DNA of 64,000 nt from assembly GCA_965219325.1 (NCBI GenBank), contig OZ244723.1, positions 2,090,158-2,154,157 on the forward strand, read 5' to 3'. Below are positions 26,588 through 37,568 of this stretch, piece by piece. The DNA is from Dehalococcoidia bacterium (GTDB lineage Bacteria; Chloroflexota; Dehalococcoidia; Lucifugimonadales; UBA2962). The notes beneath the pieces are model-generated. The model was not told the DNA's origin, did not search any database, and saw only the letters and a list, made by a program, of their open reading frames with translations. How positions within the stretch are numbered: position 1 is the stretch's first letter; each line of letters begins with the position of its first letter. The position numbers were made by a program, and so were the translations under genes.

Positions 26588-26627
26588 TCGATTACCAGTT
26601 CGAAAGTTCGCAATACGGTCTCGCCGA
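26588..26627 (+). repeat. 40-bp direct repeat, copy 2
   Basis: Identical to 21941-21980. Confidence 0.95.
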
Positions 26628-26683
26628 GGGTACCAGCGTGTACCGTATGAAGAAACCGGTGCTGTCGAGGGATTCAGGCGCGC

Positions 26684-27463
26684 ATGGAAGGGAAAGCATT
26701 GTCAGGATGGTTCGCAGGAAAAGTCGCACTTGTAACTGGCGGCGCATCCGGCATCGGTAGGGCGACGGCCCTGGCCTTCGCTCGTGAAGGGGCCAAGACG
26801 GTCATCTCAGACCTCGATGCCGACGGTGGCCACGAGACTGTCCATATGATCAAGGACTCCGGAGGAGAAGCTACATTCGTCACAGTGGACGTAACGATGT
26901 CAGACCAGGTCGAGGCCCTAGTCAACCGGGCGGTCCGTACCTATGGACAACTCGATTGCGCGTTCAATAATGCAGGTCTTGAGCGGGAACTCTCCAACCC
27001 CGACGTGCGATTCGACGAGGAGACGTTCCAATCTGTGATCGACGCTAACCTCAAGGGTGTCTGGCTCTGCATGAAGCACGAGATCGCACAGATGCTGGAA
27101 CAGGGCTCCGGCACGATCGTCAACACCTCGTCGGTCGCGGGCCTGGTTGGTATACCCAACCAACCGATCTACGTTGCCAGCAAGCACGCGGTATCCGGAC
27201 TGACCAAGTCGGCCGCCGTCGAGTACGCCGGCAGGGGTATCCGCATCAACGCTGTATGTCCGGGTCTCGTCGACACGCCGCTGTTGGAACGTATCTATGC
27301 GAGCAACCCAGGGCTGAAATCGGAAGCCGACAGCTGGCAACCGATTGGGCGCACTGCCCAGCCCGAGGAGATCGCTGAGGCCGTCATCTGGCTCTGCTCG
27401 GATATGGCCTCGTTCGTGGTCGGTCATATGATGACGATCGATGGGGGACTGGTCGTTCGGTAG
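26684..27463 (+). CDS. Short-chain dehydrogenase/reductase
   Basis: TGGASGIG, NNAG, YVASKH, INAVCPG, DGG. Confidence 0.93.
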   Translation: MEGKALSGWFAGKVALVTGGASGIGRATALAFAREGAKTVISDLDADGGHETVHMIKDSGGEATFVTVDVTMSDQVEALVNRAVRTYGQLDCAFNNAGLERELSNPDVRFDEETFQSVIDANLKGVWLCMKHEIAQMLEQGSGTIVNTSSVAGLVGIPNQPIYVASKHAVSGLTKSAAVEYAGRGIRINAVCPGLVDTPLLERIYASNPGLKSEADSWQPIGRTAQPEEIAEAVIWLCSDMASFVVGHMMTIDGGLVVR

Positions 27464-28437
27464 GGCCCATGCCTTGGGGCGCGCCAGACCGCCTGGGCTG
27501 GCCAGCAAACGCCTAACGATGCTCCGCCGTCCGCGGACGGCTGGACAGGAGTCCAGTCGGCCCAGCAGATGCCAATGACGCAGACGGTGAATCACATGTC
27601 GACTATTGTGCCGAATGTTCACGGTACATGAGGCTCAGTCGCCTGCGAATGTCGGTAAAGACCTCTCCTGTCTAACGCGACAGGATCGTGTCGCTCTGAT
27701 CTGCACCGCTCGACTGTACCGCGAACTCCGCGTCGAACTAGAAGTCCAAATGCGGGACCGACATTGGTGGGCGTGCGCTGGTCGGACATCGATGCCGAGC
27801 TCTTCGTGGCGGGAGTCGGAGTTATTGGGAGTTAAGGACCCGGGGATGTCCATTTGTAGGCGCGGATTTCGAGTCGTGGATGTTCAACCACGCGCTAGAT
27901 CCGAACATGTACGGGACACGTTTCGAGATTAAGGCGAGTCAACGGGCGCCAAGTGCTGTCCGCGATCAAGAGAAGAGTGGGGCAGGATGGGGCATCCGAC
28001 GGCAGTGCGGAACTCCTCACCGCAAATGAGAAAACCAGTTGACCTCGCTCGGTTGCCTATGTCGAAGCGAAAGACTTTGAGACGATCAAAAAGGAGTTTC
28101 AGAATTCAATCAATTTGGCTGTTCGGTAGACCAGTATAGGTTCAGATTGTTCCGGACATTACAGCCCTCGCCGAACCATCAATTGTGCCTGCGCTACCCA
28201 ACATGCTAAAGGTTGTAGCGGACGACGCCGCAGGTTCCAAAGGTCATAGCGACACCCCAGTTCAAAGGTTCTGCCCAAAGTCAGGTTAGGGGGGCCACAC
28301 TGATTTCTTGCGGGGGCGTAGACGGCGGCTTCGCAGAGTTCTGTCCCCCGCTCTGCTAGACTGTTGCGCTCAAATCGACGTGCCCTAGCATGCTGGGGCC
28401 TGCTATGTGAATATCAGTTGTCACGGGAGACTGTGCC

Positions 28438-29175
28438 ATAGTTGTACCTGATCAAGCCGCCAAGCTCGCAGCCCTGCCCGAGAACTGGTCACGGGCCCTT
28501 GCAATTGCCGCCCACCCCGACGATCTGGAATACGGCGCCGCCAGTGCCATCGCACGCTGGACCTCGCAGGGAAAGAAGGTCGGCTACCTGATGATAACCA
28601 AGGGGGAGGCAGGCATAGATTCCATACATCCCGAAGAGACCGCAAGGCTCCGGATGCGCGAGGAGATTAGCAGTGCACGTGTTGTTGGCGTTGAGTCTGT
28701 GGAGTTTCTCGATTACAGGGACGGAGTCGTAGAGTACGGCCTACCTCTTCGGCGCGACATCGCCCGCGCCATTCGAAGGTTCCGGCCCGAGGTCCTGATC
28801 AGCGGCAACCATGAACTCACCTGGGCTGGGGACAAACTCAACATGGCCGACCACCGAGCTGTTGGGATCGCAGTGCTTGACGCCGCCAGGGACGCCGACA
28901 ACCGCTGGATATTCCCCGAACTCCTTGACGAAGGCTATGAGCCATGGCACGGCATCAAATGCGTCTTCATAGCATCGGCCCCGAAGGTGACCCACTACGT
29001 AGACGTAACCGAGTTCATAGATAAGGGCGTCCAATCCCTCAGAGAGCACCGTGTCTACATCGACAACCTGCCCCAATCCTTTGACCCCGCTGAATTCCTA
29101 ACCTGGGGTGCTGCCGCCATCGGTGATTTGGCCGGATGCGACTACGCTGTCGGCTTCGGCATTATCGAGTTGTAG
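28438..29175 (+). CDS. PIG-L/LmbE family deacetylase; start uncertain, homology extends well upstream of 28591
   Basis: In-frame upstream ALAIAAHPDDLEYGAA, then TKGEAG, EFLDYRDG, MADHRAVG. Confidence 0.85.
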   Translation: MVVPDQAAKLAALPENWSRALAIAAHPDDLEYGAASAIARWTSQGKKVGYLMITKGEAGIDSIHPEETARLRMREEISSARVVGVESVEFLDYRDGVVEYGLPLRRDIARAIRRFRPEVLISGNHELTWAGDKLNMADHRAVGIAVLDAARDADNRWIFPELLDEGYEPWHGIKCVFIASAPKVTHYVDVTEFIDKGVQSLREHRVYIDNLPQSFDPAEFLTWGAAAIGDLAGCDYAVGFGIIEL

Positions 29176-29316
29176 CCCCACCGGTCGTGGTAGCAGCTGG
29201 GAGCTATCCCTCAGACCCCCGAGACCAACTGCTCCTTCCCGTGATGATCCCGCGATCGTAGAGCTTGCTGACCTGAGCAGCAGCGGGCATCCGATCACCG
29301 GCAAAGGCCGCCCAGT

Positions 29317-31173
29317 CTAGGCCGTGGAGTCTGCTGGCAGCGTCATTGTGAACTCTGTGTACTCGCCGTGGACCGTGTCGACGACGAGGTCCCCTCCGAG
29401 CCGCCGCAATACATCAGCGGCAATGGGAAGTCCCAGGCCGGCTCCGACTACACCTTCACGGGTCGAAAAGAAGGGGTTAAATATCTGCCCCACAACTTCA
29501 TCGGGGATCCCCGGCCCATTGTCACGGACACGCACCTCCACCAAACCATCCGACAAGCGGCTGGTCACAGACAGCTCAGGTTGATGGTCACCGTTTTGCG
29601 CATCCTTTTTTTGCCTTAGCGCATAGCAGGCGTTTGAAACAAGGCCTACGACAGCCTCGCTAAAGTCATTGGCTACAAGGGACACATCGCCCACGGAGCG
29701 GTCAAAGTCAAAGTCGGGCTCCACGCTAAAGTCCCTCCACTCCGCGTGAAAAGCCTCGCAAGCCAACCGGACGGCGGATCGCAACGTCCCGTTCAAGTCG
29801 GTGAGTTCCGGGTCCCCTCCGACTACTCCCAGACCCCGCATTCGCTCGACAATTGCCAGAGCGCGGCCACCGTTGGACTGCACGCGCTCCAGGCTGGTGG
29901 CCAACTCCTCGCTGATGTCATCAAGGAGGCTGGCATCATCTTCTGTCATTCGATTACGGTAGCTTGTCAGCATTCCCATCAGTTCGCGCTGAAGTTCTAA
30001 GGATCCCTCGGTAAAGTTCTTAACGAAGTTCAACGGATTACTGATCTCGTGAGCCACGCCGGATACCAGCTCCCCCAAGGCGGCCAGCTTCTCCTGTGCC
30101 ACCAGCCGGACCTGCATCCGCTGTAACTCCTCGTTCACCTCACGCAACTCTCCATAGAGGCGTTCAACCAGATTCAGCCGCTGCACTTCAAGCGCCTGCT
30201 GGCGCCACACCTCGAGAGCACCGGCCAATTCCCCGATTTCATCCCGGCTTACCTCAGGGATCGGAGTTTCGAGATCGCCGGACGCCATGCCGCGCATACG
30301 CTCCGACAGCCTAGACAGACGACGCACAACACCCTGCCCTACCCAAAGCCAGGCGCTCAGGGTAGCCGCTAGGACGCTTGCAACACTGATTACCGCCAGG
30401 ATGATGCGACCCTCGTCAAAACTGCGGACCGACGACTCAAGCACTACCTGCGACTCTGCCCGGGCGGTCACCAATAGACCAGTGACCGAGTCCTCCAAGG
30501 CCACACTTCGCTCATCGAGAGCAGCAGCAAGTCCATTTGCTTGAGTTCGAAGCGCCAGTTGCTGACCACGGACCGCATACACCTGTTCACCTAGCGGCAG
30601 TATTGCGATCTGGTCCCAGAGGCGATCAAGCTCTGGCTGGTCAGAAGCCAATAGCGCTCGCCTCAACAATGCACGGGACTCACCATCAACCGACAACCCA
30701 TCTATTGCGGCTCCAAGTTCAGTCGCGGCTACACCATTGTCTTGAACCGCAGTTTGGTAAACCGCCAGTTGATCAATGACTCCGACCAGTGCATATGCAC
30801 CTTCATGCACCTCATTCGCTGCCGGTACCAAGGCAGGGACAACGCTGGCAGCGGTCAGGTAATTTTCCAACCGCTCCAGCGAGGCCGTCGCGGTGTCGGT
30901 AGAGACCCCTACCGCGTTTTGGACCATGAGCCTGAGGCCTAACGACAAGAGTCGCTCTGCTTCCCGAGCAGCAGCCCAGGATGCATCCAGAGCTGGCTCC
31001 GCCTCGGTCTGGACACGGTGGTTGAGGTCCCCGCTCCGCTCAAAGTAATACACTGCCACAGCGCTGGAACCTAGGGTCAGCAGCACCGCAAATCCCAGAG
31101 CGAGGTATAGTCGGGCACCTATGCGGCGCCATGGGTCAAGAAGAAAGCCCATACCGTCTCCACTTCTGTTCAA
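29317..31173 (-). CDS. Sensor histidine kinase (TM-periplasmic-TM-HAMP-HisKA-HATPase)
   Basis: DEIGELA (HAMP), GVAHEISNPLNFV, NACYA, DNGPGIP, FNPFFST, GAGLGL. Confidence 0.93.
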   Translation of the reverse strand: MNRSGDGMGFLLDPWRRIGARLYLALGFAVLLTLGSSAVAVYYFERSGDLNHRVQTEAEPALDASWAAAREAERLLSLGLRLMVQNAVGVSTDTATASLERLENYLTAASVVPALVPAANEVHEGAYALVGVIDQLAVYQTAVQDNGVAATELGAAIDGLSVDGESRALLRRALLASDQPELDRLWDQIAILPLGEQVYAVRGQQLALRTQANGLAAALDERSVALEDSVTGLLVTARAESQVVLESSVRSFDEGRIILAVISVASVLAATLSAWLWVGQGVVRRLSRLSERMRGMASGDLETPIPEVSRDEIGELAGALEVWRQQALEVQRLNLVERLYGELREVNEELQRMQVRLVAQEKLAALGELVSGVAHEISNPLNFVKNFTEGSLELQRELMGMLTSYRNRMTEDDASLLDDISEELATSLERVQSNGGRALAIVERMRGLGVVGGDPELTDLNGTLRSAVRLACEAFHAEWRDFSVEPDFDFDRSVGDVSLVANDFSEAVVGLVSNACYALRQKKDAQNGDHQPELSVTSRLSDGLVEVRVRDNGPGIPDEVVGQIFNPFFSTREGVVGAGLGLPIAADVLRRLGGDLVVDTVHGEYTEFTMTLPADSTA

Positions 31174-32391
31174 TTGTCACAGAGTAACGCTCTACATCTG
31201 CGCGAAGCACGTCGGTTCGGGGGGACGAGCGCCCGGCGCACCAATCAGTCGCAGCATTGCCGGTCACTGCCTCCATCTCGCCCAGAAAGGCAAGAGAATC
31301 GCTGGTGCCGTGCATATTCCGGAGCACCATACCAAAACGGAGGGTCAGCATCATCCACTGTGTCGTCTACACCAGTGGAATGGAAACCGCAGCGACGCAA
31401 TCTTCGGCAGCAGCCCAAATCACCTAAACTTCTACAACAGGTGTGATATCGCTTGGAATTTAGTGCCGCGCGTCAATAGATTGCTCTAGAGCCTTCTCGC
31501 CCTCGACTTCCGATCATTGTTCCCTTCAATCATACGGAGGAATAACAGAGATAGATGCAAGCGCATAAGATGATTAAATATTCCTCTCCAAAGTGCATGA
31601 ATCGAACTCCAAACACTCCAAGTCTGTCCGCCTAGGCTTCGATAACGACCGCTGTAGAGATGGTGCCCAAACTTCGAATAGCATCTCTCACTGGTCAATG
31701 TTTCATAAACGCGCTTATCTTAGGCTATATACGTCATCCGAGACGGGAAACACTCGACAAACACTGGCAAGGGACCGAAGGCGGTCGGTTGAAAGTGACA
31801 TGCGGCGACTGGTGGTCTAGCCACGACGTACAGTAGGGCTATTGTCTGCGCCTCCGATGGGAAGAGCGCTTGGCACTAAGAGTGCGCCTTCGCTTGCGTC
31901 ATGGACTCAAAAACTTTGATTTGGATACCCAACACGGTAGCCGAAGTGCCGGCTGCATGCCGGCGCAGCGAGGCTCCAAATGAGAAGGGCGAATCGGCTC
32001 GGCGCCGTGATTTCGGCGAATACGTTTTCTTTCGCCGAGTGTGGAGATGAAGCGGGGTTGGCTTGGTTAACGGCGAAGTTGTAGGCTGAATGGATCTCGC
32101 CAAGTCCGCCATGCGGGACCAACCGGCCCGAAGGCGCGACTGTGGAGACTTGCCGGACATTTCACCACACGCCAGAAGTTTTCGGCCAAGCGACCGATGC
32201 ACCGTCCCCTACGTGGACGGACTCAAGGCTCGGCTTGGAAGATGAGAAGAAGGCCCAAGTTGAGCGGCAGAGCCCAAGACGAGTAACTCACATGCCAAGG
32301 ACGCCCTAGCCATTCCAAGTGATTCGGAACAGAGTAGACGCAAAGTCTCAGCCTTAGGAGTTAAGCGCAAACGCGCCCAGGAGAACAGTCA

Positions 32392-33870
32392 ATGACGGAA
32401 ATAAAGCAAGTTTACGCTCCGGAGTTCCCCAGAAGATTGGAATGGCTCAATTCCGAGCATCCAGTCACGATTGAGAGCTTGAGGGGAAAGTTGATAATTC
32501 TTGACTTTTGGACGTATTGCTGAATCAACTGCATGCACGCAATTCCGCAGTTGGCGGAACTGGAGGCAAAGTATCGAGACGTGGTGGTCGTAGTCGGTGT
32601 GCACTCTGCCAAATTCACGCAGGAAAAGTCGTTAGACAATGTGCGCCAGGCAGTGCTGCGGTACGACATCGAGCACCCAGTGGCCAACGACTCTGGCTTT
32701 GAGGTGTGGCGCCGGTGGGGCGTGCGCGCCTGGCCGACCTTCATGTTTATAGGGCCGGAAGGCACCGTCCTCGGCAAGCACGAAGGCGAGTTCGACAAAG
32801 ATGCTTTGGACAGGGCAATTGCAGGCTTGATAGCCGATTTCGACGCAAAGGGGTTGATCGACCGCACCCCAATTCATTTCAAGTTGGAGCGCGACAAGAT
32901 GTCGGATGGGCCGCTCTCTTTCCCGGGCAAGGTTATGGCCGACAAAGGGTCAGACACGCTCGTGGTAGCTGACTCCAATCACAACCGCCTCGTCGTAGCC
33001 GGGCTTGATGGACGAGTCCGTGCAATCGTTGGGTCTGGCGCACCCGGACTTACAGACGGGGATTTCGTTTCGGCGCGATTCCGCGACCCACAGGGCCTAG
33101 CCCTTGCCGGGGACCAGATCTACGTTGCTGACACGAAGAACCACGCAATCCGCCGGGTTAATCTCTCTGAGGGTAATGTCATCACGCTTGCGGGCACTGG
33201 ACAACCGGCTCCCAGGTTCAGTACAGGCGGTCCAGCCAAGTCGACCCCAATTAAATCGCCGTGGGATGTCGCTCTCTGCGAAACCAACCTCTACATTGCG
33301 ATGGCCGGTTTCCACCAAATATGGCGGCTCGACCTAGTGTCGGGATTCATTGCGCCGCATGCCGGCTCCGGTCGGGAGAATATCGTGGACGGTCCCCTGC
33401 TCTCGGCCCAGTTGGCCCAGCCGAGCGGCATCGTGAGCGAAGGGTCTAAGCTCTATTTTGCCGACAGCGAGACCAGCGCCATCCGAACAGCCGACATGGA
33501 CGCCGCAGGCGTCGTGTCAACAATCGTCGGCGAGGACCTGTTCTCGTTCGGTGACCTAGACGGCCCCGGTAAGAGCGCAAGGCTGCAACACCCTATAGGC
33601 GTGGACCTTGCAGGGGGATTCTTGTACCTGACGGACACTTACAATAACAGGATCAAGAGGATTGAACTGGTTACCGGCGAAGTGACTACCCTCTTCGGGA
33701 CGGGGCAGCCAGGCCTGGAGGAGGGATACGGCAAAGGGGCAAGTTTCCACGAGCCAGGAGGCCTTTCTGTAGCCGGAGACCTGATCTTCGTCGCCGACAC
33801 CAACAACCACACCATACGCGTGGCAGACATCGTTACCGGTTCTGTTTCCACGCTTGCGGTCATTCCCTAG
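32392..33870 (+). CDS. Thioredoxin-like plus NHL-repeat protein (NHLRC2/SOQ1-like), probable selenoprotein with TGA at 32521-32523
   Basis: GGAG RBS and ATG at 32392 give an open frame to LDFWTYC-TGA-INCMH, in frame with the 445-aa ORF; [15 protein letters not shown]; NHL repeats ([23 protein letters not shown]). Confidence 0.88.
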
Positions 33871-33880
33871 GCTGGTCCTA

Positions 33881-35926
33881 TTGCCTAATCGACTCGCTGC
33901 CGAGAGCAGCCCCTACCTTCTTCAACACAAAGATAACCCGGTGGACTGGTTCCCCTGGGGTAGAGAAGCGCTTGAAGAAGCTAGGAGACAGGATAAGCCG
34001 ATCCTGCTGAGTATCGGATACTCTGCCTGCCACTGGTGTCACGTCATGGAGCGCGAATCGTTTGAAGACGACTACATCGCGGCTCAAATGAATCGCAACT
34101 TCATCTCCGTCAAGGTAGACCGGGAGGAACGTCCCGACATCGATTCCATATACATGACGGCTGTGCAAGCTCTGGCCGGGCACGGGGGGTGGCCTCTGAC
34201 CGTCTTTTTGATGCCGGACGGCAAGCCCTTTTATGGAGGTACCTACTTCCCTCCGTCGGACCGCGGCGGAATGCCCGGGTTTCCCAGGATTCTCGATGCC
34301 GTCTCCCATGCCTATCAGCACAAGAAGAGCGACCTCGAGCTATCCTCTGAGCAGCTCGTGGCCCGGATCCGTCAGACAACGCTTGCCGGCAGGTCTCGCG
34401 AACTACTTGCCGACGCCAACCTGTCTTCGGCCTACGTAAATCTTTCAGCGCAAGCCGACCGGGAAATGGGTGGCCTGAGTGGCGCACCCAAATTCCCGCA
34501 GCCGATGATCTACGAGTTCCTGCTCCGTTACTACCTGCGAACCGGAGACAGTGAGGCACTGGAAATAGTGACCAGGACACTGGACGCAATGGCGCAGGGA
34601 GGGATTTACGATCAGGTTGGCGGCGGCTTCCACCGTTACTCTACGGACGCGCGATGGCTGGTTCCTCACTTCGAGAAAATGCTCTACGACAACGCCCTGC
34701 TAGTTCGGCTGTACCTTCACGCCTTTCAGATAACCGGAACCCCTGCATACCGTCGTGTAGTCGATGAGACTCTTCGCTATGTCCTCAGCGAAATGATGAC
34801 TCCTGATGGCGCCTTCTATTCCGCGCAAGACGCAGACAGTGAAGGAGTGGAAGGCAAGTTCTTCGTGTGGAGACCCGAGGAGCTGTGCGAAGTCTTGGGC
34901 ACAGCCGCAGGTCAGCGCATGGCCGCATATTTCGATGTGTCGGATGCGGGCAATTTCGAGGGCTCATCGGTCCTCAATTTCACCGAAGAGCTTCGCGCGT
35001 CCCTAAAGCGGGATGAAGCTCAGGTCCTGCAGTTCATCGCCGACGCCAAAGCGAAGCTTTACGAGGCCCGCTCGCGCCGAGTGCCGCCCAGTACCGATGA
35101 CAAGATCCTGACCGCCTGGAACGGGTTGATGATCGCGGCCTTGGCGGAGGCGTCGGTGGTGCTAGAGAACCAAGAGTACGCGGATGCGGCCGCCAAGTGT
35201 GCGGATTTCCTCTTGACATCGCTTCGGCGCGATGGGCGACTCTTGCGAACTTACAAGTACGGAGTGGCCAAACTCAACGGCTACTTGGAGGACTACGCCT
35301 TTGCCATAGACGGTCTCCTAACGCTGCATGAGGCCACCCTCAAGGCGCGTTGGCTCTCCGAAGCGATCTGTTTGGGGCAATCGATGGTCGAACTGTTCTG
35401 GGACCGTGGCACTGGCCAGTTCTATGACACGGGCTCGGATCACGAAGACCTCATCGTCCGGCCCCGCGATGTCTCGGACAATGCAATTCCGTCGGGCAGT
35501 TCGGCGGCCTGCTCTGTGCTGCTAAAGCTCGCCATATACACCGGCGAGTCGGGCATGAGAGACATGGCTGTGGGGGGCATCCGCTCGGCCCGGGAGTTGA
35601 TGTTGCAGGTGCCAGCTGGAGCCGGTCACTGGCTTGGCGGATTGGACTTTTACCTGAGTGCTCCAAGGGAGGTCGCCATCGCTGGAGACCCAGGGGACGA
35701 CGCCACCCGTGCACTGCTTGCCGAGACCTACAGACACCATTTGCCCAATAAAGTGGTCATGGGAGTGACCGGCAAGGGTGCGATCACCAACTTGCCTCTT
35801 GCAAGGGGGCGGGGACAATTGGGAGGCGTAGCCACTGCGTACGTGTGCGAGAACTACGCCTGCCAGTTGCCCACATCCGACCCAAGAGTGCTGGCACAGC
35901 AGTTGGCCGATGGCCGAGCGCCTTAG
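33881..35926 (+). CDS. Thioredoxin-domain protein YyaL/SSP411 (DUF255 plus alpha-alpha barrel)
   Basis: [59 protein letters not shown]. Confidence 0.93.
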   Translation: MPNRLAAESSPYLLQHKDNPVDWFPWGREALEEARRQDKPILLSIGYSACHWCHVMERESFEDDYIAAQMNRNFISVKVDREERPDIDSIYMTAVQALAGHGGWPLTVFLMPDGKPFYGGTYFPPSDRGGMPGFPRILDAVSHAYQHKKSDLELSSEQLVARIRQTTLAGRSRELLADANLSSAYVNLSAQADREMGGLSGAPKFPQPMIYEFLLRYYLRTGDSEALEIVTRTLDAMAQGGIYDQVGGGFHRYSTDARWLVPHFEKMLYDNALLVRLYLHAFQITGTPAYRRVVDETLRYVLSEMMTPDGAFYSAQDADSEGVEGKFFVWRPEELCEVLGTAAGQRMAAYFDVSDAGNFEGSSVLNFTEELRASLKRDEAQVLQFIADAKAKLYEARSRRVPPSTDDKILTAWNGLMIAALAEASVVLENQEYADAAAKCADFLLTSLRRDGRLLRTYKYGVAKLNGYLEDYAFAIDGLLTLHEATLKARWLSEAICLGQSMVELFWDRGTGQFYDTGSDHEDLIVRPRDVSDNAIPSGSSAACSVLLKLAIYTGESGMRDMAVGGIRSARELMLQVPAGAGHWLGGLDFYLSAPREVAIAGDPGDDATRALLAETYRHHLPNKVVMGVTGKGAITNLPLARGRGQLGGVATAYVCENYACQLPTSDPRVLAQQLADGRAP

Positions 35927-36113
35927 TTGATGACGTCCCTGGGCTGGCATATGCCTAGGCTGAACCGGCTCACAGCTAAGCCATCGGCTCGACACGCAAC
36001 CACCATCACCACATGGCGGCGGAGCTGTGACAAGACGACCAATCCTCACGCTGGCGATTGCGACGTCTTGGAGGCTGCAAATATCATGATCGTGGCTGCT
36101 CGCTGAACTGCCA

Positions 36114-37568
36114 ATGCCGAAAACCATGAGCGACAAATTGCTGATAGACGAACTCAGGCGAATCGTCGGCGACTCCTACGTCGTAGACGACCTAGCTGGC
36201 CTCATCGCCTTTGAGTACGACGGCTCCGTTGACCGGGCGCTACCTTCGGCAGTGACACTGCCAGCCTGCACAGCCGAAGTGTCTCAGGTTATGAAGGCCG
36301 CGAGAGACCACGGAGTGACGATAGTCGCCCGGGGCGCCGGCACCGGACTTAGCGGCGGTTCGGTACCCGAACAAAGAAGCCTGGTGATTTCTCTAACCAG
36401 AATGAACCGGATCGTGGAGATTGACCCAACCAACCGGCTGGCCGTCGTCGAGCCTGGTGTCGTCAACTTGGACCTTACGGTGGCCGCCACCGAGCACGAC
36501 CTCTACTATGCGCCGGATCCTTCGAGTCAACAGGCCTGTACGATCGGTGGCAACGTAGCGGAGAACTCGGGCGGCCCCCATTGCCTTGCTTACGGGGTGA
36601 CCACTAACCACGTGCTAGGTCTGGAGGCTGTGCTGGCGGACGGGACGGTGGTCCAGCTAGGCGGTCGGTCGTCCGAGACGCCCGGCTACGACCTTCGAGG
36701 TATCTTGATCGGATCGGAAGGCACGCTGGCCGTGGTTACTAAGGTCATTGTCAGGTTGCTGAGGCGCCCCGAGTCGGTCAAGACGATGTTGGCCGTCTAC
36801 AGGGAACTAGACGATGCAAGCTCCGCGGTGTCAGACGTTATCCGGTCGGGCATAGTGCCGGCGGCCATGGAGATGATGGACGACTTAGCCATTGCGGCGG
36901 TCGAGCCGGCAGTCAATGCCGGATACCCTCCCGGTGCGGGCGCGGTGCTGCTGGTCGAAGTGGATGGTTTGGCCGAGTCTGTGGAAGAGGAGTCCGAGTT
37001 GGTCGAGTCGGTCATGGCGCGCCATTCGCCGATGGAGATCCGAACCGCCAAGGACGCCGGAGAGCGCCAACGGCTGTGGGCGGGTCGCAAGGGGGCGTTG
37101 GGGGCGTTAGGCAGACTTGCCCCCAACTACTACCTGATAGACGGGACGATACCTCGCACGCGGCTGGTGGAGGTGATGGCACGAATTAAGGAGATCTCGG
37201 CGGAATCCGGATTCCCAATTGCCAATGTACTGCATGCGGGCGACGGCAATCTGCATCCGTCGATCCTCTTTGACGAGCGCAAGCCCGGTGAGACGAAACG
37301 GGTACTTGAGATAGGCGGACAGATATTGAAACTGTGCGTCGATGAGGGAGGCGTTCTGTCTGGAGAGCACGGTATAGGTATCGAGAAAAGGGAGTACATG
37401 CCATACATGTTCAGCGAGGAGGACATGCGGGCGATGGCAAAGCTAAAACCCTCCTTCGACACCCGGAACGCTCTTAATCCGGGCAAGATCTTCCCGCAGG
37501 GATCGGCGGCAAATCAGTTGACTCAGGTCGGGCCTGTTGCCCGGGCAGGCGCCGGAGCCTACATATGA
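36114..37568 (+). CDS. glcD: Glycolate oxidase-like FAD-linked subunit
   Basis: RGAGTGLSGG, YAPDPSSQ.ACTIGGNVAENSGGPH, GSEGTL, HAGDGNLHP, GEHGIG. Confidence 0.88.
   Translation: MPKTMSDKLLIDELRRIVGDSYVVDDLAGLIAFEYDGSVDRALPSAVTLPACTAEVSQVMKAARDHGVTIVARGAGTGLSGGSVPEQRSLVISLTRMNRIVEIDPTNRLAVVEPGVVNLDLTVAATEHDLYYAPDPSSQQACTIGGNVAENSGGPHCLAYGVTTNHVLGLEAVLADGTVVQLGGRSSETPGYDLRGILIGSEGTLAVVTKVIVRLLRRPESVKTMLAVYRELDDASSAVSDVIRSGIVPAAMEMMDDLAIAAVEPAVNAGYPPGAGAVLLVEVDGLAESVEEESELVESVMARHSPMEIRTAKDAGERQRLWAGRKGALGALGRLAPNYYLIDGTIPRTRLVEVMARIKEISAESGFPIANVLHAGDGNLHPSILFDERKPGETKRVLEIGGQILKLCVDEGGVLSGEHGIGIEKREYMPYMFSEEDMRAMAKLKPSFDTRNALNPGKIFPQGSAANQLTQVGPVARAGAGAYI

Noticed and set aside
27443-27498. 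ZTP (pfl) riboswitch-like words GACTGG...CCGCCTGGGC
   Set aside because: Overlaps the SDR stop codon, lacks P1 and has no suitable downstream gene
27606-28400. Possible gene remnant or ncRNA between the SDR and PIG-L genes
   Set aside because: No recognisable motif, stable structure or repeat found by eye
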